Below the pieces are notes generated by a model that was given only the letters and a program-made list of their open reading frames with translations, was not told where the DNA came from and did not search any database. Of a stretch of DNA of 37,738 nucleotides, positions 10,001 to 22,000 are shown piece by piece (position 1 is the stretch's first letter; each line of letters starts with the position of its first letter). Source of the stretch: a virus (Duplodnaviria; Caudoviricetes); IMG/VR virus record IMGVR_UViG_3300032238_001026, positions 1 to 37,738 of that record. One strand, 5' to 3'. The translations under genes were made by a program, and so were the position numbers.

Positions 10001-13000
10001 GCAGGGAGACTATTTGCTCTAGTATATGGATTTACATCATAAATGTCTTCTGGATTATTGTATGCACCATATTTGTGATTTGCTTTTGCTAATCTAAATT
10101 TAATTTTAGGCACTTCCGATCCATTTGTCCTCGTTTTATCGTCACCAGTTACGGTTTCTCCAACTTGGAATGTACCTTTAATCATTTTAATTTCAATTAA
10201 TTTTGGAAATACAAATGCATTAACATCTGTTCCATCAAAGAACGCATATAATTGGGTAAATGGTTTAAATCTATTTCCAGTAACTTCAATGTTTCTAGAT
10301 CTCATATTGGTGATTACATCACTATCAACAAGTTTATCTCCTAGAGACTGAGTTGTTGTTACCGGAGTAACTTCCAATCTAGTACCAGTTCTAGTGCTAG
10401 TTCCAGTATCGACGGTTGTTTGAATAAACCCATTCATTGTTGTGGTGGATCCAGTCCACACAGTATTCCAAGCATTCCAAGTTGTTGGACCAAATCCTGT
10501 TTGTGGATCGAATCCTGGTATAACTTCTTTTAAAATTCCAAGAGCTGGGGTAAACGTATCAATTGTTATCGTGTTTGCTTCAATTCTGGTTGTATCAATC
10601 CAAATATCGGATGAAGGTTCTAATTCGATTGTTCCTTCATAAGTTGTAACAGCATATGGAGTTACGTTTATAGCTCTAGTTGCATATGGTTGTCTTAAAT
10701 ATCTAACATTGCTATAATTTAAAGTTATTAGTTGTCCAGTTTTTTTAATATTGCTTCCAATAATATCATTAACAAATCTAGAATCTACTGTTGGATCTGC
10801 CGAACTTCCAATACCAACTAAAGACTTTGATCCAAGTATAAGATCTAATTGTGTTGTATATGTAGAAGGTCTAAGTTCCGATTTTTTAGTATCGATTGCA
10901 TTTCTAGGAATTGCAGTTTTAGCCTGAGGATTTGCCGTAGAGAAATTATCTACAAAAAATCCAGATTTGAATCTATTGAGACCATTACTGTCGGGAACAA
11001 ACAAGTTTTGTGTTTGAGATTCTAAAAGAGATAGTGTTGTATAGTATTCAAGATTAGAAATTCTATTATCTAGTTTTCCAATATCCTCCATTCTATATCT
11101 CTTATGAGATATTAGTTTAATTTGTGCGTCATTCGCGTTGGAAAGATATGGTGGTAAGGTAACTTTTGCAACCTCTAAAGCATCATTTAATGGGAGAGGT
11201 TCTTTAGGAAACTCTGCAGGAGTTCCTCTTACTATAGTAAATTCTCCATCCTTACTAAGATAGATTCTATCTATTCTTGAAAGATAATGGGAGTACGTTA
11301 GTAAAATAGATTCGTCAGAGACAAGAATATTCTTAGAAGAATTATTTGATCCACTTACAAAAGATCTTCCAAGGAACTCAAATGGAGATCTTGATCCAGA
11401 TGTTGGCGAATATACCTGGACTCTAGGACGTATATCGATAATATCAGAACATTTTATTTTTCTATCGCTAAATGGAATTTCATCATATTCATATCTTGAA
11501 TATGATGAAGCAGTTGTGATATCGCCATCATCAGAATCTGAATAATATGCAGATTCGAATACTATTCTTATTTTTCTAGTTGGTGCAGAAAACTGAGCCT
11601 TTCTAATAATTCTACCATAGTCATATATGGTATCTTCTTGACCATTATCTAAAGTATAATGTGAGGTAATATTGGGGTCTCCGATATTTACTTCTTCAAC
11701 AATAGCTGTTACACCAGATTCTTTGAATTTTATTTTTTCGCCAACTAAAGGTGTTCTTCTATTTGTTCGTATTACTTCTATAGTTTCATCATCAATTCTA
11801 CCGACATTTAGTCCTATAGATGAACTTTTGGAACCAACCCACTCTTCACCAACTATTAGATCATCTGATTGTGCGGATGGTCCATCAAATGCTGAAAATC
11901 TAATTCTGGTTAGAACTGGTGAAGTTGTACTCGTTGATTCATATACTCCATGTAATTGTACAATATCTGGATATTGTAAACAAATTTCTTTATCCTGAAT
12001 TCTTGTACCATATGGGTAAGTTCCATATGTTAATCCATCATTTAAAGTTGATTGTCCAATACCAGATTGTGCAAGTGAAGATTTATCTATTATTACTGAG
12101 TTAACTTTTCTCCTTAACTTGAGTTTATTTTTTACGTTTATTTTTCTTAAAGTTGCAATTAATTTTGCTCCAGTATCAGTACCACTACCTAATCCTAAGA
12201 TTTCTAATTGCTTACTACCGTTTGCAAAAACTAATTTATCTGCAGAAAGAGACTCTACATTACCATTAGATCTTACTAAAACATATCTTTCTTCATCAAA
12301 TGATAAGAAAGTTTCATTTTCTCCAGCAATAATTGGTGCAGTTTTATTTCCAGAAATAGATACCGTAAATTGCTTTCTTATTGTTAAATTTGATTCGCTT
12401 AGATTTACAGAAGATGCAAAATTCTTGGGAAGTTTTGTAAAAAGAGTGTTGTCTGGTGAAGAAAGAAGTTTAGTGTTTATTAAACTAAAATCAGAAGGTG
12501 TAATCTGGGTTGCAGGTAGTCCTCCAGTACATACACCAGAAACTGAGGTTACTGCTTGTATTGTTAGTGCTGATTTATATACGTTGGTTACTTTAGCATA
12601 ACTTGGTACTGAAAAACCTGGATTTGTATACGAAACTAAATCATCAATTGCAATTTTTGTTGGGAATGTAACCTTTGCGGAAGTTACTGTACTAATACCT
12701 CCACTAGCAGCACTTATAGTTACCTGCCCAAAGTTTCTAGTTACTTCTTGTTTTGCGTCTGCTGTAAAGGTATTAATACCAGAGACACCATATAATGATT
12801 TTACATCTGAAAGTGCATATACTAAAACTGATGTTGTAATACCATTGGATTCAATTCCATTATAAATTAATTCTTCGCCGGCAATAAATCTACCTTTAGT
12901 ATCATAAGCAGTAATAACACCAGAATTTGTTACATTAAAGCGCAGAAATCCTATTGCACCACTTGCCTTACCTTGTATATGAACTGGAGATGTAAGGGTA

Positions 13001-14448
13001 ACTTCATTATTTAAATTCAATTCTGTATATAATTTTGTATCATATAAAGAAATATCCCACTGATTTGTATCCGGTAAAAGATTATCATAAGATCCAGACT
13101 CTAGAGCAAAATCATATACCCTTGATAATCCAATTTCTTTTCCGGATCCAACTTCCGTATTTACGCCAACTCTAGTGTCTCTTAGGGATAAAGTATATGA
13201 AGTTGCAATACCAATATCTGGTGCTGAATTAACATTATTAAGTCTTAAAGCAGGACCAGTTAAGTAATTTATACTTTGATCTTTTAAAGTTCTAGTTTTT
13301 CTTGGTTTTGGAAAATCCAATAAGGTTGGACTAATAGTCTCAATTTCATATCCTTTTACATATGCTTTTCCAGGAGAAATTTGATATATCCCAAGATCAT
13401 CACTTGGTTTGTTATCTTCGTATGTGAGTCTTCCTTCTTTAAATATTCCATTATTCCCTTTTAAATCATCTAAAGATTCTCTTGTTACAATATCAAATGG
13501 TTTTACATAATAATCTCCAGACTCGTCAAAAGTTCTTCTTGCTAATTCATCTCTAATTAAACTATAATTAGTTCTTTTAGTTACACCAAATACTTTTCCG
13601 TCTCTAATCTCTAAAAGTTGAATAAAACTTTCATTTTTTTCTTCATCTAGATCTTTCTTTGTGAGGACTAGACTTATTTTAAATCTATCTGCACCTGGAG
13701 CTGCATAGTTATTAAATCCTCTTGCATTATCCGCAAGTTTTGGATCATCATCTACAGTAATAATCTCTTCAATAACATCAAATCCAACTTTGTAATTTGG
13801 CTTGTTAGAATATGGATCTAATAAAATTAATTGATCATCTACATCAACAAAAGTTCCTCTAACAAAATAAACACCCTCAGAAAGAGCAACTGCAGTTCCT
13901 ACTGAAGTTGCTCTTTGAGATGCTGTGATAGCAAATCCTTGATTTGGTTGGATTACGAGAGCGCCCTTAACCAATCCACTCGGCAAAAGTAATGTTTCGT
14001 TATTAGCAAATACCGAAGCATTATTAGTACCAGTTCTAGTATACTTTACATATAAAGTAAAATATCTTCTTGGGGAATTTTCAACATCTCTAACTGCTAT
14101 AACTTTAGCTCTTACGTCAGAGTCGTCACCGATAATTTCCTTTCCAATCAAACTTTGTGCATAAGTTCTTAGAGGTATACCAAGAAATTCTGCCTCAACT
14201 TCAACAGCTGGAAATTTTGGAAGATAATTTACTTGACCTGGAATTACTACACTACCTTCCTTAAAGATGTGATTGCCAAACTGCTCTATTTGATTTTGTA
14301 AAATAGATTGTAGCGTTGTTAGTTCTCTAGCTTGTACTGGATAACCAGGCTTAAAGAGGACCTTATAGTAGTTATTTTGTTTACCCCCATTACGTGCTAA
14401 GTAATCGTCAAAATATGGAGTAACGTTGAGATTAGTTTCCTGGGGCAT
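7021..14448 (-). CDS. Large virion structural protein (VrlC-like / DUF4815-type), 2,475 aa
   Basis: PYFDD...VLFKPGYPVQARELTTLQSILQNQ, APGADR, LARRTFDESGDY, GFFVDNF, DPLAQSF and GSLFKSQN motifs. Follows gp8 as in T4-like cyanophages. Confidence 0.85.
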   Translation of the reverse strand: MPQETNLNVTPYFDDYLARNGGKQNNYYKVLFKPGYPVQARELTTLQSILQNQIEQFGNHIFKEGSVVIPGQVNYLPKFPAVEVEAEFLGIPLRTYAQSLIGKEIIGDDSDVRAKVIAVRDVENSPRRYFTLYVKYTRTGTNNASVFANNETLLLPSGLVKGALVIQPNQGFAITASQRATSVGTAVALSEGVYFVRGTFVDVDDQLILLDPYSNKPNYKVGFDVIEEIITVDDDPKLADNARGFNNYAAPGADRFKISLVLTKKDLDEEKNESFIQLLEIRDGKVFGVTKRTNYSLIRDELARRTFDESGDYYVKPFDIVTRESLDDLKGNNGIFKEGRLTYEDNKPSDDLGIYQISPGKAYVKGYEIETISPTLLDFPKPRKTRTLKDQSINYLTGPALRLNNVNSAPDIGIATSYTLSLRDTRVGVNTEVGSGKEIGLSRVYDFALESGSYDNLLPDTNQWDISLYDTKLYTELNLNNEVTLTSPVHIQGKASGAIGFLRFNVTNSGVITAYDTKGRFIAGEELIYNGIESNGITTSVLVYALSDVKSLYGVSGINTFTADAKQEVTRNFGQVTISAASGGISTVTSAKVTFPTKIAIDDLVSYTNPGFSVPSYAKVTNVYKSALTIQAVTSVSGVCTGGLPATQITPSDFSLINTKLLSSPDNTLFTKLPKNFASSVNLSESNLTIRKQFTVSISGNKTAPIIAGENETFLSFDEERYVLVRSNGNVESLSADKLVFANGSKQLEILGLGSGTDTGAKLIATLRKINVKNKLKLRRKVNSVIIDKSSLAQSGIGQSTLNDGLTYGTYPYGTRIQDKEICLQYPDIVQLHGVYESTSTTSPVLTRIRFSAFDGPSAQSDDLIVGEEWVGSKSSSIGLNVGRIDDETIEVIRTNRRTPLVGEKIKFKESGVTAIVEEVNIGDPNITSHYTLDNGQEDTIYDYGRIIRKAQFSAPTRKIRIVFESAYYSDSDDGDITTASSYSRYEYDEIPFSDRKIKCSDIIDIRPRVQVYSPTSGSRSPFEFLGRSFVSGSNNSSKNILVSDESILLTYSHYLSRIDRIYLSKDGEFTIVRGTPAEFPKEPLPLNDALEVAKVTLPPYLSNANDAQIKLISHKRYRMEDIGKLDNRISNLEYYTTLSLLESQTQNLFVPDSNGLNRFKSGFFVDNFSTANPQAKTAIPRNAIDTKKSELRPSTYTTQLDLILGSKSLVGIGSSADPTVDSRFVNDIIGSNIKKTGQLITLNYSNVRYLRQPYATRAINVTPYAVTTYEGTIELEPSSDIWIDTTRIEANTITIDTFTPALGILKEVIPGFDPQTGFGPTTWNAWNTVWTGSTTTMNGFIQTTVDTGTSTRTGTRLEVTPVTTTQSLGDKLVDSDVITNMRSRNIEVTGNRFKPFTQLYAFFDGTDVNAFVFPKLIEIKMIKGTFQVGETVTGDDKTRTNGSEVPKIKFRLAKANHKYGAYNNPEDIYDVNPYTRANSLPANYSSTSTILNVDTYNLTEGVKDGFDGYISKGMRLKGGTSGSIAEVTDVRLVTDDVGTIIASYFIPDPNIRTNPKFKTGIRTFRLTNSSTNSTVSGILVTSGEEQYFAQGTLNTVQETIQSTRSPRFQTKTLTEQKAASRTTVVDLTPPPPPRRHDPLAQSFYVDEPSGIFVTKIDLYFQSKDPTGRIPLIFQLRTMSLGTPTEEVYPFSELIVLPKNIKTSQDGSVATTLTFPSPVYLKGEKEHAIVMLSDSNDYQVWCSRIGEIDITTQSGPESRQVVVTKQPDLGSLFKSQNGSTWDPSQYEDLKYNLYRAEFVNTQTGTVNFFNPNLTTRNKKIAKLPTNPIQYISRKARVSLASSINDPVLQIGNTIYQKGSNATGNYVGSAGSASGTLGITNSGIGYTPSNGSSFTYSNVSLVTVTGSGKNATANITIGANSSTNGVAIAATISRGGSGYVTGDVLTVSSLGDDGLGENMRLTVRNTSGGNQLIIDNIQGDFITGTGSTISFVTSAGINTDLNYAVGGGVTVSSIDLASTFNDGLHFKVNHRNHGMHSKTNDVVISGVDPTTKPTKLNANLGDTAENIVLVDASEFSTFENVGIATTNRGYALIEDEIISYSGVSGNTLTGITRGIDNTKVFAYKNGTDVYKYETRGISLRRINKTHTLQDATVSEAIGLDYYWLRLNMDGVDIGQTDEIPDRNTSTSFPKLYINESKTAGGSDVYATQNIQFDMLHPQVQTLVLPGTKIDSTARTISGTSVNNNTEISFLDKGFESVSLNADNFLSSPRLICSQINEKNKLSALPINKSFELSLVLSSTKSYVSPVIDLHRLGIILSSNRVNSVITNYISDNRTSTLDGDPTAFTYATAPITLELAATSIKCLFTAYVNNDAEIRALYSIGKNAKDLQIYNLFPGYNNLDTNGDIINPERNSGLPNKKVQKSTEFSGDSNKLTFREYEFSIDKLPPFRYYSIKLLGTSTNSAHPPLIRDFRIIVLA

Positions 14449-14454
14449 AATTCT

Positions 14455-16017
14455 TTAGAATTGCAAAATAACCTTAATATCTTCTTTTTGATTTAATGAC
14501 CTAGTAATGGATGGTCTATTATCCACGTAAATAATATCACCAGAATATTTTTTAACTTCGGGATTTGATAATCCCGTTTCAAAGGTCTGTCCAAGATAAT
14601 ATTTTTTACTATTTATAGTCGTTGTTATACCCGAAAATGCAGTGTTAATTGCTAAGGTTGAAGTTTCTCCAATAATAGTCAAAGATCCACTTGTTACGCT
14701 AAATTCATTCAGATTAAATTCTGATCCATATGATACATTTTCATTTACTGAACCATCGGTATTAAATCCAATTATTGTTCTGTCCTGCCAGTACTTTAAA
14801 ACTCCTGTACTGGGGTCGTAAGATACCACTCTTCCAGTTGCAGTTATTCCAGTACCCAAGTTCTGAGTAATTGTCGAATTGTACGCAAAAGATGCATTTT
14901 GATAATCGAAGAAATCATCAGTTCCTCTTAAAATCAGAGCACCAACTACACTTGCTTTATCAAAAGATAATATAGATGTTGAAGAATATGATTGTGGATT
15001 TCTTACAATTCCAACTCTAGCTATTTTATTTCCAGTAATAAAATCAGGATTCTGGTCATCATTTTCAATTCTCGAATAGATTAGAACATTATGAGCTCCA
15101 AGTTCTTTGTAAATATCATATCCATGTCCGCCTTTTGGTGGAATAATTACATTAAATTTTGGAGTTATAGTAGCTTCTGGTACATTTCCATTAGAAAGAT
15201 CAACTATACCATAAGTATACCCAGTTCCTCCTCTTGAGATTGTGATAGACTCTACTTTAGAATCATTGTTTATAACTACTGTAGCTTCTGCTCCAGTCCC
15301 ATCACCTTTAATTGGAACTCTAGTATAAATTGAGTTTGCTGGACCAACTCCACTTCCTCTATCTGTAATTGTTGCAATTTTTAATTGTCCACTTGTCGAA
15401 GCATTTACTCTAACTGCAGCATCATCAGAACTGGAAGACCAGTTTTTGGGGACAGGCATAAAATTGGTAGAATCAAACTTAATCAAGTCCCCTGGTTTGA
15501 TTGTATAAAGATATTTCCATATATAACCATCTCCACTAGTTCCTGCGGATTTTGGTTCCAAATCTGTAAATGTTGGTTCATCCAAAGAAGGTTTTCCTTC
15601 TGGGTTTTCCGGATCTGTTCCATTTTGTAGGCAGATATAAACCCTATAATCGCTATTTACTACATAAAAGTTTGAAGAGTATAAACTAGTGGATCCGGAA
15701 GGTTTTGCTATTCTAGTTCTACTAATATCATGTCGGTACATATCATAAACAGATCCAGATGCCCAAGTTATTTTTCTAATAACCTGTCTAACATTATCTG
15801 GAGCAATTTTTTTAAGAGCTATTATCGTATCCCAATAATTATTTTCTTCATCAAAATTATCTTTAGGTGCTGGTGGGGCAGATTCCCAACCAGCAGATAA
15901 TTCGGTAGCATTAGGTAATCCAATAAAAGAATAATAAGAATTTGATCCAGACGATATATCCGTAACAAAGTTCTTAGCATTCAAAATTCTAAGTTGGTCA
16001 GTTATAATTGCAGACAT
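14455..16017 (-). CDS. gp8: Baseplate wedge subunit (T4 gp8-like)
   Basis: VYICLQN, DGYIWKYLYTI, PPKGGHG..IYKELG and C-terminal SGDIIYVDNR...QKEDIKVILQF motifs. Confidence 0.92.
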   Translation of the reverse strand: MSAIITDQLRILNAKNFVTDISSGSNSYYSFIGLPNATELSAGWESAPPAPKDNFDEENNYWDTIIALKKIAPDNVRQVIRKITWASGSVYDMYRHDISRTRIAKPSGSTSLYSSNFYVVNSDYRVYICLQNGTDPENPEGKPSLDEPTFTDLEPKSAGTSGDGYIWKYLYTIKPGDLIKFDSTNFMPVPKNWSSSSDDAAVRVNASTSGQLKIATITDRGSGVGPANSIYTRVPIKGDGTGAEATVVINNDSKVESITISRGGTGYTYGIVDLSNGNVPEATITPKFNVIIPPKGGHGYDIYKELGAHNVLIYSRIENDDQNPDFITGNKIARVGIVRNPQSYSSTSILSFDKASVVGALILRGTDDFFDYQNASFAYNSTITQNLGTGITATGRVVSYDPSTGVLKYWQDRTIIGFNTDGSVNENVSYGSEFNLNEFSVTSGSLTIIGETSTLAINTAFSGITTTINSKKYYLGQTFETGLSNPEVKKYSGDIIYVDNRPSITRSLNQKEDIKVILQF

Positions 16018-16033
16018 TTTTAGCTTTTTTACC

Positions 16034-16041
16034 TATTTATA
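16034..16041 (-). promoter_or_regulatory. T4-type late promoter TATAAATA
   Basis: Perfect TATAAATA on the - strand, overlapping the gp7 stop, 16 nt upstream of the gp8 ATG. Confidence 0.8.
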
Positions 16042-19000
16042 GTGCATATAACTCATATTTTAAAGGATATCTTCTTCTAACAACAGGGCAGGTAGATAAT
16101 CCAGTAATTCCATTATTTGTTTGTACTACGAAAGACTTTGTATTTTTTCCTGTTGTAGTAATTTTGCCCCAACTATAGTTCCCATAATAGGAACTATATC
16201 CAAGTCCAGTAATATTATTATTTGAAACTTTTACAGTTACAGATACTAAGTTTGTTAGTCCTACTCCAATTGCACTTGTAGAACCATATGAAACTGATAC
16301 AGCCTGGTAAATATTATCAATAAATGTAGTTCCAACACCGACAGAAGATCCATTCAAACCATAAGAAGTAATTGCATTACCCACATTCGTGTTGTAAGCG
16401 ACAAAGAAATATCCTGTTTGAATTCCACTAAATCCAGTTGTTCCTAGTCCAACATTTACATTTGCATTTCTAATCGTCGAATTATATGGAATAAAGAGAT
16501 CAAATATTAATCCTTTATCAGTTCCAATAGAAGTTGTTTTAATTCCAGTTATTATTCCAAAATCACCTTCATATGTTACATTATCAATTTTTTCAACATT
16601 TTCAATATTTGGTGGATCTATGAAAACGGTGGGACTTTCGATAGAAACTACATTTAATATAACTTCCAGATCTAGATTTTTAACCTCAGTTTCGGCATCA
16701 ATTGAAGTTACAGTTAGTAAATCTCCAACTTTATATCCAGTTCCTTGTTCAGAGACATTGATTTGATTTACTCTATCATTAACTACACCCAATGTTACAG
16801 TAGCATCTCTACCCTCTCCAGTTAAAGAACTTAATCTTAAGTTACTATAAGTTGCTGTTTTTTCTGGGAATCCAGATCCAAAGAATGTAGAACTGATGCT
16901 AACATTTTGAAGTCTTCCTAATGAATAACCAATTCCAGGATTATCAATTGTTATACTAGTTACAACCCCAGATGTTATTGATGCTGTAGCTGAAGCTCTA
17001 CCAGTGTTACCTATTCCATATGGTTCGGTAAAAGTTATTGTAGGTGCATTCGTATACCCATTTCCTCCACTATTAAGAACTAATGACTGTATAGTTCCTG
17101 CTGCAGAAACTATACATGTTGCCGCAGCTGATACAAAGTTATCAATATTATTGTAAATTTCAATCTTAGATGATAATTTATTACCAATATTTTCTTTTTT
17201 ATCATTAAAGAATGGTTTGATACTATCAACAAATATTTGTGTTGTGTTAATTCCAACACTTCTTATAACTGTTGCGACTGGATTAATAAGAGCTTCATAT
17301 AAAACTCTGTCTTTACCAACTTCTTTTCCTTCAATAATTTTATCTTCAGTTTGTTTGCACCAAATAACAGGTCTTTTTAATTTTGGATCTTCTGAAACAC
17401 CATTTTCACTATAAGCATTTGTAATAACACTACTTGTAGAGTCTACTAAAATAACGGATCTTTCCTCCTGCTGATATTTTTCATCATCACTTGTAAGTGT
17501 TAAGTCATCTCCAATTTTTACTGTTTCTAAGATATCAGCATCAATTACATCAACATCTTTGGTTCCTCTATAATAGAAAATCTTACATGTATCTCCACCC
17601 TGCCCAGATGCATCTGGACCTTTTGGAGGATCTGAAAATTCTATCGTACTTCCCCCATCGAAGAAATAAGACTCTCCTGGATTTTGTAATATATCATTTA
17701 CAAATATTATTAAGTTTGACTGAATATCAATATTTGAACCTTTTTTGGTTGTAATAGAGGTAATTTTTCCATCAATGCTTATATTGAATATTTTGCGCCT
17801 TCCATTAAAGTTTGGCGCTATATCGTCAATAATTTGAAGTTCGCCAAATGACCAAGCACTAAATTCATTAAAATACACATTCTCAACAAAAAGATAAAAT
17901 TCTCTAAATTGTGAAGAAGATCTTATAGTCTGAATACCAATAGAAGATGTATCTGCCGTTAGAATATCTCCTGGTTTATAACCAAATCCATAATTTTTTA
18001 TTGTAAAGTCAATAACACTGGATCCTTGTCCAACTACGACATCTATTGAAGCGCCAGTGCCCAAACCAGTTGTTCCTGCTGTATATTTTAATGGAATATT
18101 AATATACCCAATTGGACGATCTATAGTAATTGTTGGTGGTGAGTACTGTTTAAATGTGATTGCATCGTAAGTATTAATTCCAACACTTGATGTACTTGCA
18201 GATCCAATTGTAAAGAATCCGGTATTGATTCCAACAATTTTAACGTTCGTTAATGCAGATCCAACTGATGCATAATCACCTGCAGAAACAAATGATAGGT
18301 TTGCTGAATAAACAATTGTACTTCCAGCAGAAACCGACGCTGATGCATATGATGTTCTTGTAGTTACATAATTTGTAAATCCAATTCCAGAATTTGTTAG
18401 AACCGGATTTGCAATATTTCCTTGGTATACTGTACCAAATCCAATAATTGTTGATCCATAACTAATATTTCCAGAGTTTCTTGCATAAATTGTAACTGCT
18501 GTTTGAATACCACTTCTATATCCAGACCCACTGTTTCCAATACTAATTGCTGAAATTGTTCCAGCTAATGATACTCTGACCGTAGCACCAGCAGCGACTA
18601 AAGGTTGATAACCAAATCCTTGAGAAGATCCGACTGAAACAATAACTCCACCAATTGGTATATTTGAAACATTGATATCTGATGTTTGTATTCCGGAATA
18701 TCCAAAGAAAGTTATTGTAGAAATTCCAGAAGAATCATCTAATTTAAAGTTTCCAGTTACATCTACTGCCGTACCCGATCTCTCATTATTTTGGAAAACT
18801 CCTTTTATAAGTACAATTGGATTATATGTTTGAATACCAGTTGGATTGCTGCCGTTAGATTTTAACGCAAAAGAAGTTGTAAATCCGTTAAATTGATTTG
18901 AAATATCGTCATATACAAAATTATCAGAATATGCCTTCTGATTTGAATTGGGAACTCCAGATCTAGTAAATACTCTTCCACTAAAGTAAGATTGAGTTGT

Positions 19001-22000
19001 AATTCCACTATAATCTCTTTGATCTGGTTTACTTGTTGGTAAACCAACCGGAGTCGTTCCGTATGGTCGGTCTACGAAATAAATTGAATTGTTAATAATA
19101 TCATAGTTACCATATAACTTAGTAACACTAGTTCCAATTGAGTGTGAAGATAATTCTGTACCTAATCTACTTCTATATACGGTTACTGTATTTGCTGCAC
19201 CAACATTCTTAACCTTCATAATCTCATTATCAATTTTTATCAAATCTCCAGAAGCTAAACTTCCAATACCAGAGACCTTAATCACATTACTATAAGTAGT
19301 AATAGAAGTACTTAAAGAAGTTTTTATATAAGAATTTGCAATAGGAGATTGAATAATACCGTCGATAGTAATTAAAGATTTACTTATTTGATTTTTTGCT
19401 GTTAGTTTATGTCTCTTACCAACACCCAAAGAGGTAATAATCAAACATTCTGGTGGATCTGCAAGAGCATTTTGTGCTGAACTTGCTAATTTTATTTCCG
19501 AATTGCTAACTTTTACAGTATAAAGAGTGGAAGGTAATTTATTAGTTGATCCAATTCCAACAATAGAAGTAGTTGCAATGCCTACTGGAGATTCAATTGT
19601 TGGGTCTGCAATACTATAGTTAACCTCCTCTCCACTAACAAAGAAATGGTTCAACAATTTAATTGAATTGTTGCTAATAGAAATGATAGATGAGTCACTA
19701 GCATCAAACTCTCTCTCAAAAATTGGGAGATTTTTGTGGTATAAATCATATTTAAAGTCAAGAATTTCAGTTCCAGTGTAAGAACTAGATAATACTTTTA
19801 ATGATCCTTGCGAAAAGTCAATTTTTTGGGTGGTAATAACTTCATTTTTAACTCCAATAGCCGATTGGAATACAGTTACTTGTAGTTCTGTATTTGATAT
19901 TGGCGTGTAATACAAATTGGTAGTTGAGTTAGTAACTCCAACTCCAACAGTTCCTAGTCCAGAAGAAGTTGAATTGTTTGCATATTCAACAAAAACAGCA
20001 TCACTACCATCATCAATAACAACGACTTCTGAAATTTGATGTCTATTATTTACTTTATCCGAAACACTTAAGATATAATATGATCCGCTGTAGTTTTCTC
20101 CATAATATAAATGATTGTATGATGCTATAGTAGTAATTCCTGGCGATGACGTTGAAGCAATTCCAATCGTATTAGTATTTAAAATTGAATTACTCAACTT
20201 ATAAGTTGATACGCCTGAAGTGGAAGTATTAGCAATTGAAACTGATAAAACTTTTACTGTACCAATGCCGGTTGAATTTGGATAAAAATTAACTTTTATA
20301 TTATTTGAAACAAGTTCAGCTCCATAAGTTCCAATACCAGTGCTATATGATCTACTATTGTTTAGTTTTCCATACTCCAAAAGTGAAACTGTAGATCCAT
20401 TATGAACTAAAGATAGTTCATTAAATTCTATTTCATTTTTAGAATTTGCAATCTCAACGAGTATTTTTGCAGAACGATAAGTTGATGCAATTCCAACTAT
20501 CGTCTTTTCTCCGAGACCATTATATGTAAGTTTGTTTGATTTGATATTTACTTTACTTCCAATATTTAAAGAAGAAATTCCAGAAACTGATTCGGTATAA
20601 CTTGGATTAAATGAAAGTATATCTACAGAATATGAGTTTTCTTTGGACTCATTTGGAACAAATACGATATCTGAAGTATTGTAATATGTGTTAATATCAA
20701 ATGATCCAAGATCTTCGTCAGTATAAACTTTACCATATTCGTTAATATAACCACTTAAATTATCTTGAATCAATGTTACATTTGATAGTTGCCTCTTTTC
20801 AACAAATCTTTTATCCTTTACAAAAGTTAGATATTTTTGAGATACTTTACTTGTAAAATCAAAAATATCAGCAACTGTATCTGCTACAGAATAAGTGATA
20901 TCTTCATTTTCTGATGTAAATTGGTTGCTTATATCGTCTATAACCAAAACTCTATTAGTCAGAGCCTCTGAATAATCTTGAATAATTCTAGTTGCAAAAA
21001 TAATTTGATTTGAAACTAATTCACTGTCTATTAAAATTGAATTTTCTGAAGCAAGATCAAAATCATTAATACAATTGATATTAACTGTTCTTGTTATATC
21101 ATTTATTCCAAAGAAAGATCCTTCATCCTGAGATGTTGTTATTCCAGCATAAGTTGAATCGTATGATTCAACTTTTAAATCACTAAATTTTTTGAATCCT
21201 GATGTGTGGTTTAAAGTTGATACTGGTTCTTCCCACACATCCATTGGAATTTTGGAACTTATTGCATATGAAAAATACTGATAATAATCATTATCATGTA
21301 ATCTTTGTAAGTTGTCATTTAAAAATCCTGTTTCTCTAAAGAATCCAGCTGGAGATATACTATACGAATCAATATTATATTGGGAGTCAAAAGAAATTAC
21401 GTCTTCTACAATAGCTTTTGTTCTACTCGATCTTCCAAAAATTAAGTCTCCAGTGGAAAAACTTTGATTTCCAGAAATTTTTAAATAATTATTCTGATCA
21501 TCCCATCTTTCAACTTTTGCTGTTTTGGAACCAAATTTAATAGTCTCTCCAGTTCTAAAATCTTTCTGTTTTAAAGTAATTTTAAATTTGGGGAAATATT
21601 TTTCAGGAACTATTGTACCTATCGAGTTTATAGTATCATATGTTCCGGGCAAATAACCATCCTGCAAAATAGAACTCATATCATAAGTTATAGATCCATT
21701 TTCACCACCTATATTTGGATCTGTGCTTACGATATTAAATAAGCGATAATTATAGTCTTTGGAATTAAATCCTTTTCCTGATTTAGAAATAACTTGAGTA
21801 TTTTCAATTAAAATCCTATCTCCAACATTAAATGGAAAATCTTTTGCATCACTATAACTTACAGCAATACCTGCAGTTGCTATTCCAGTTGGGGAATCAA
21901 AAGTGATGTAATTAATTTTTACGCCATTTGGATTTTTTGTTGGAATAATTAATGGCGTTACATTATTAATACCATCTGTATTTTTTATAATTTTTACAGT

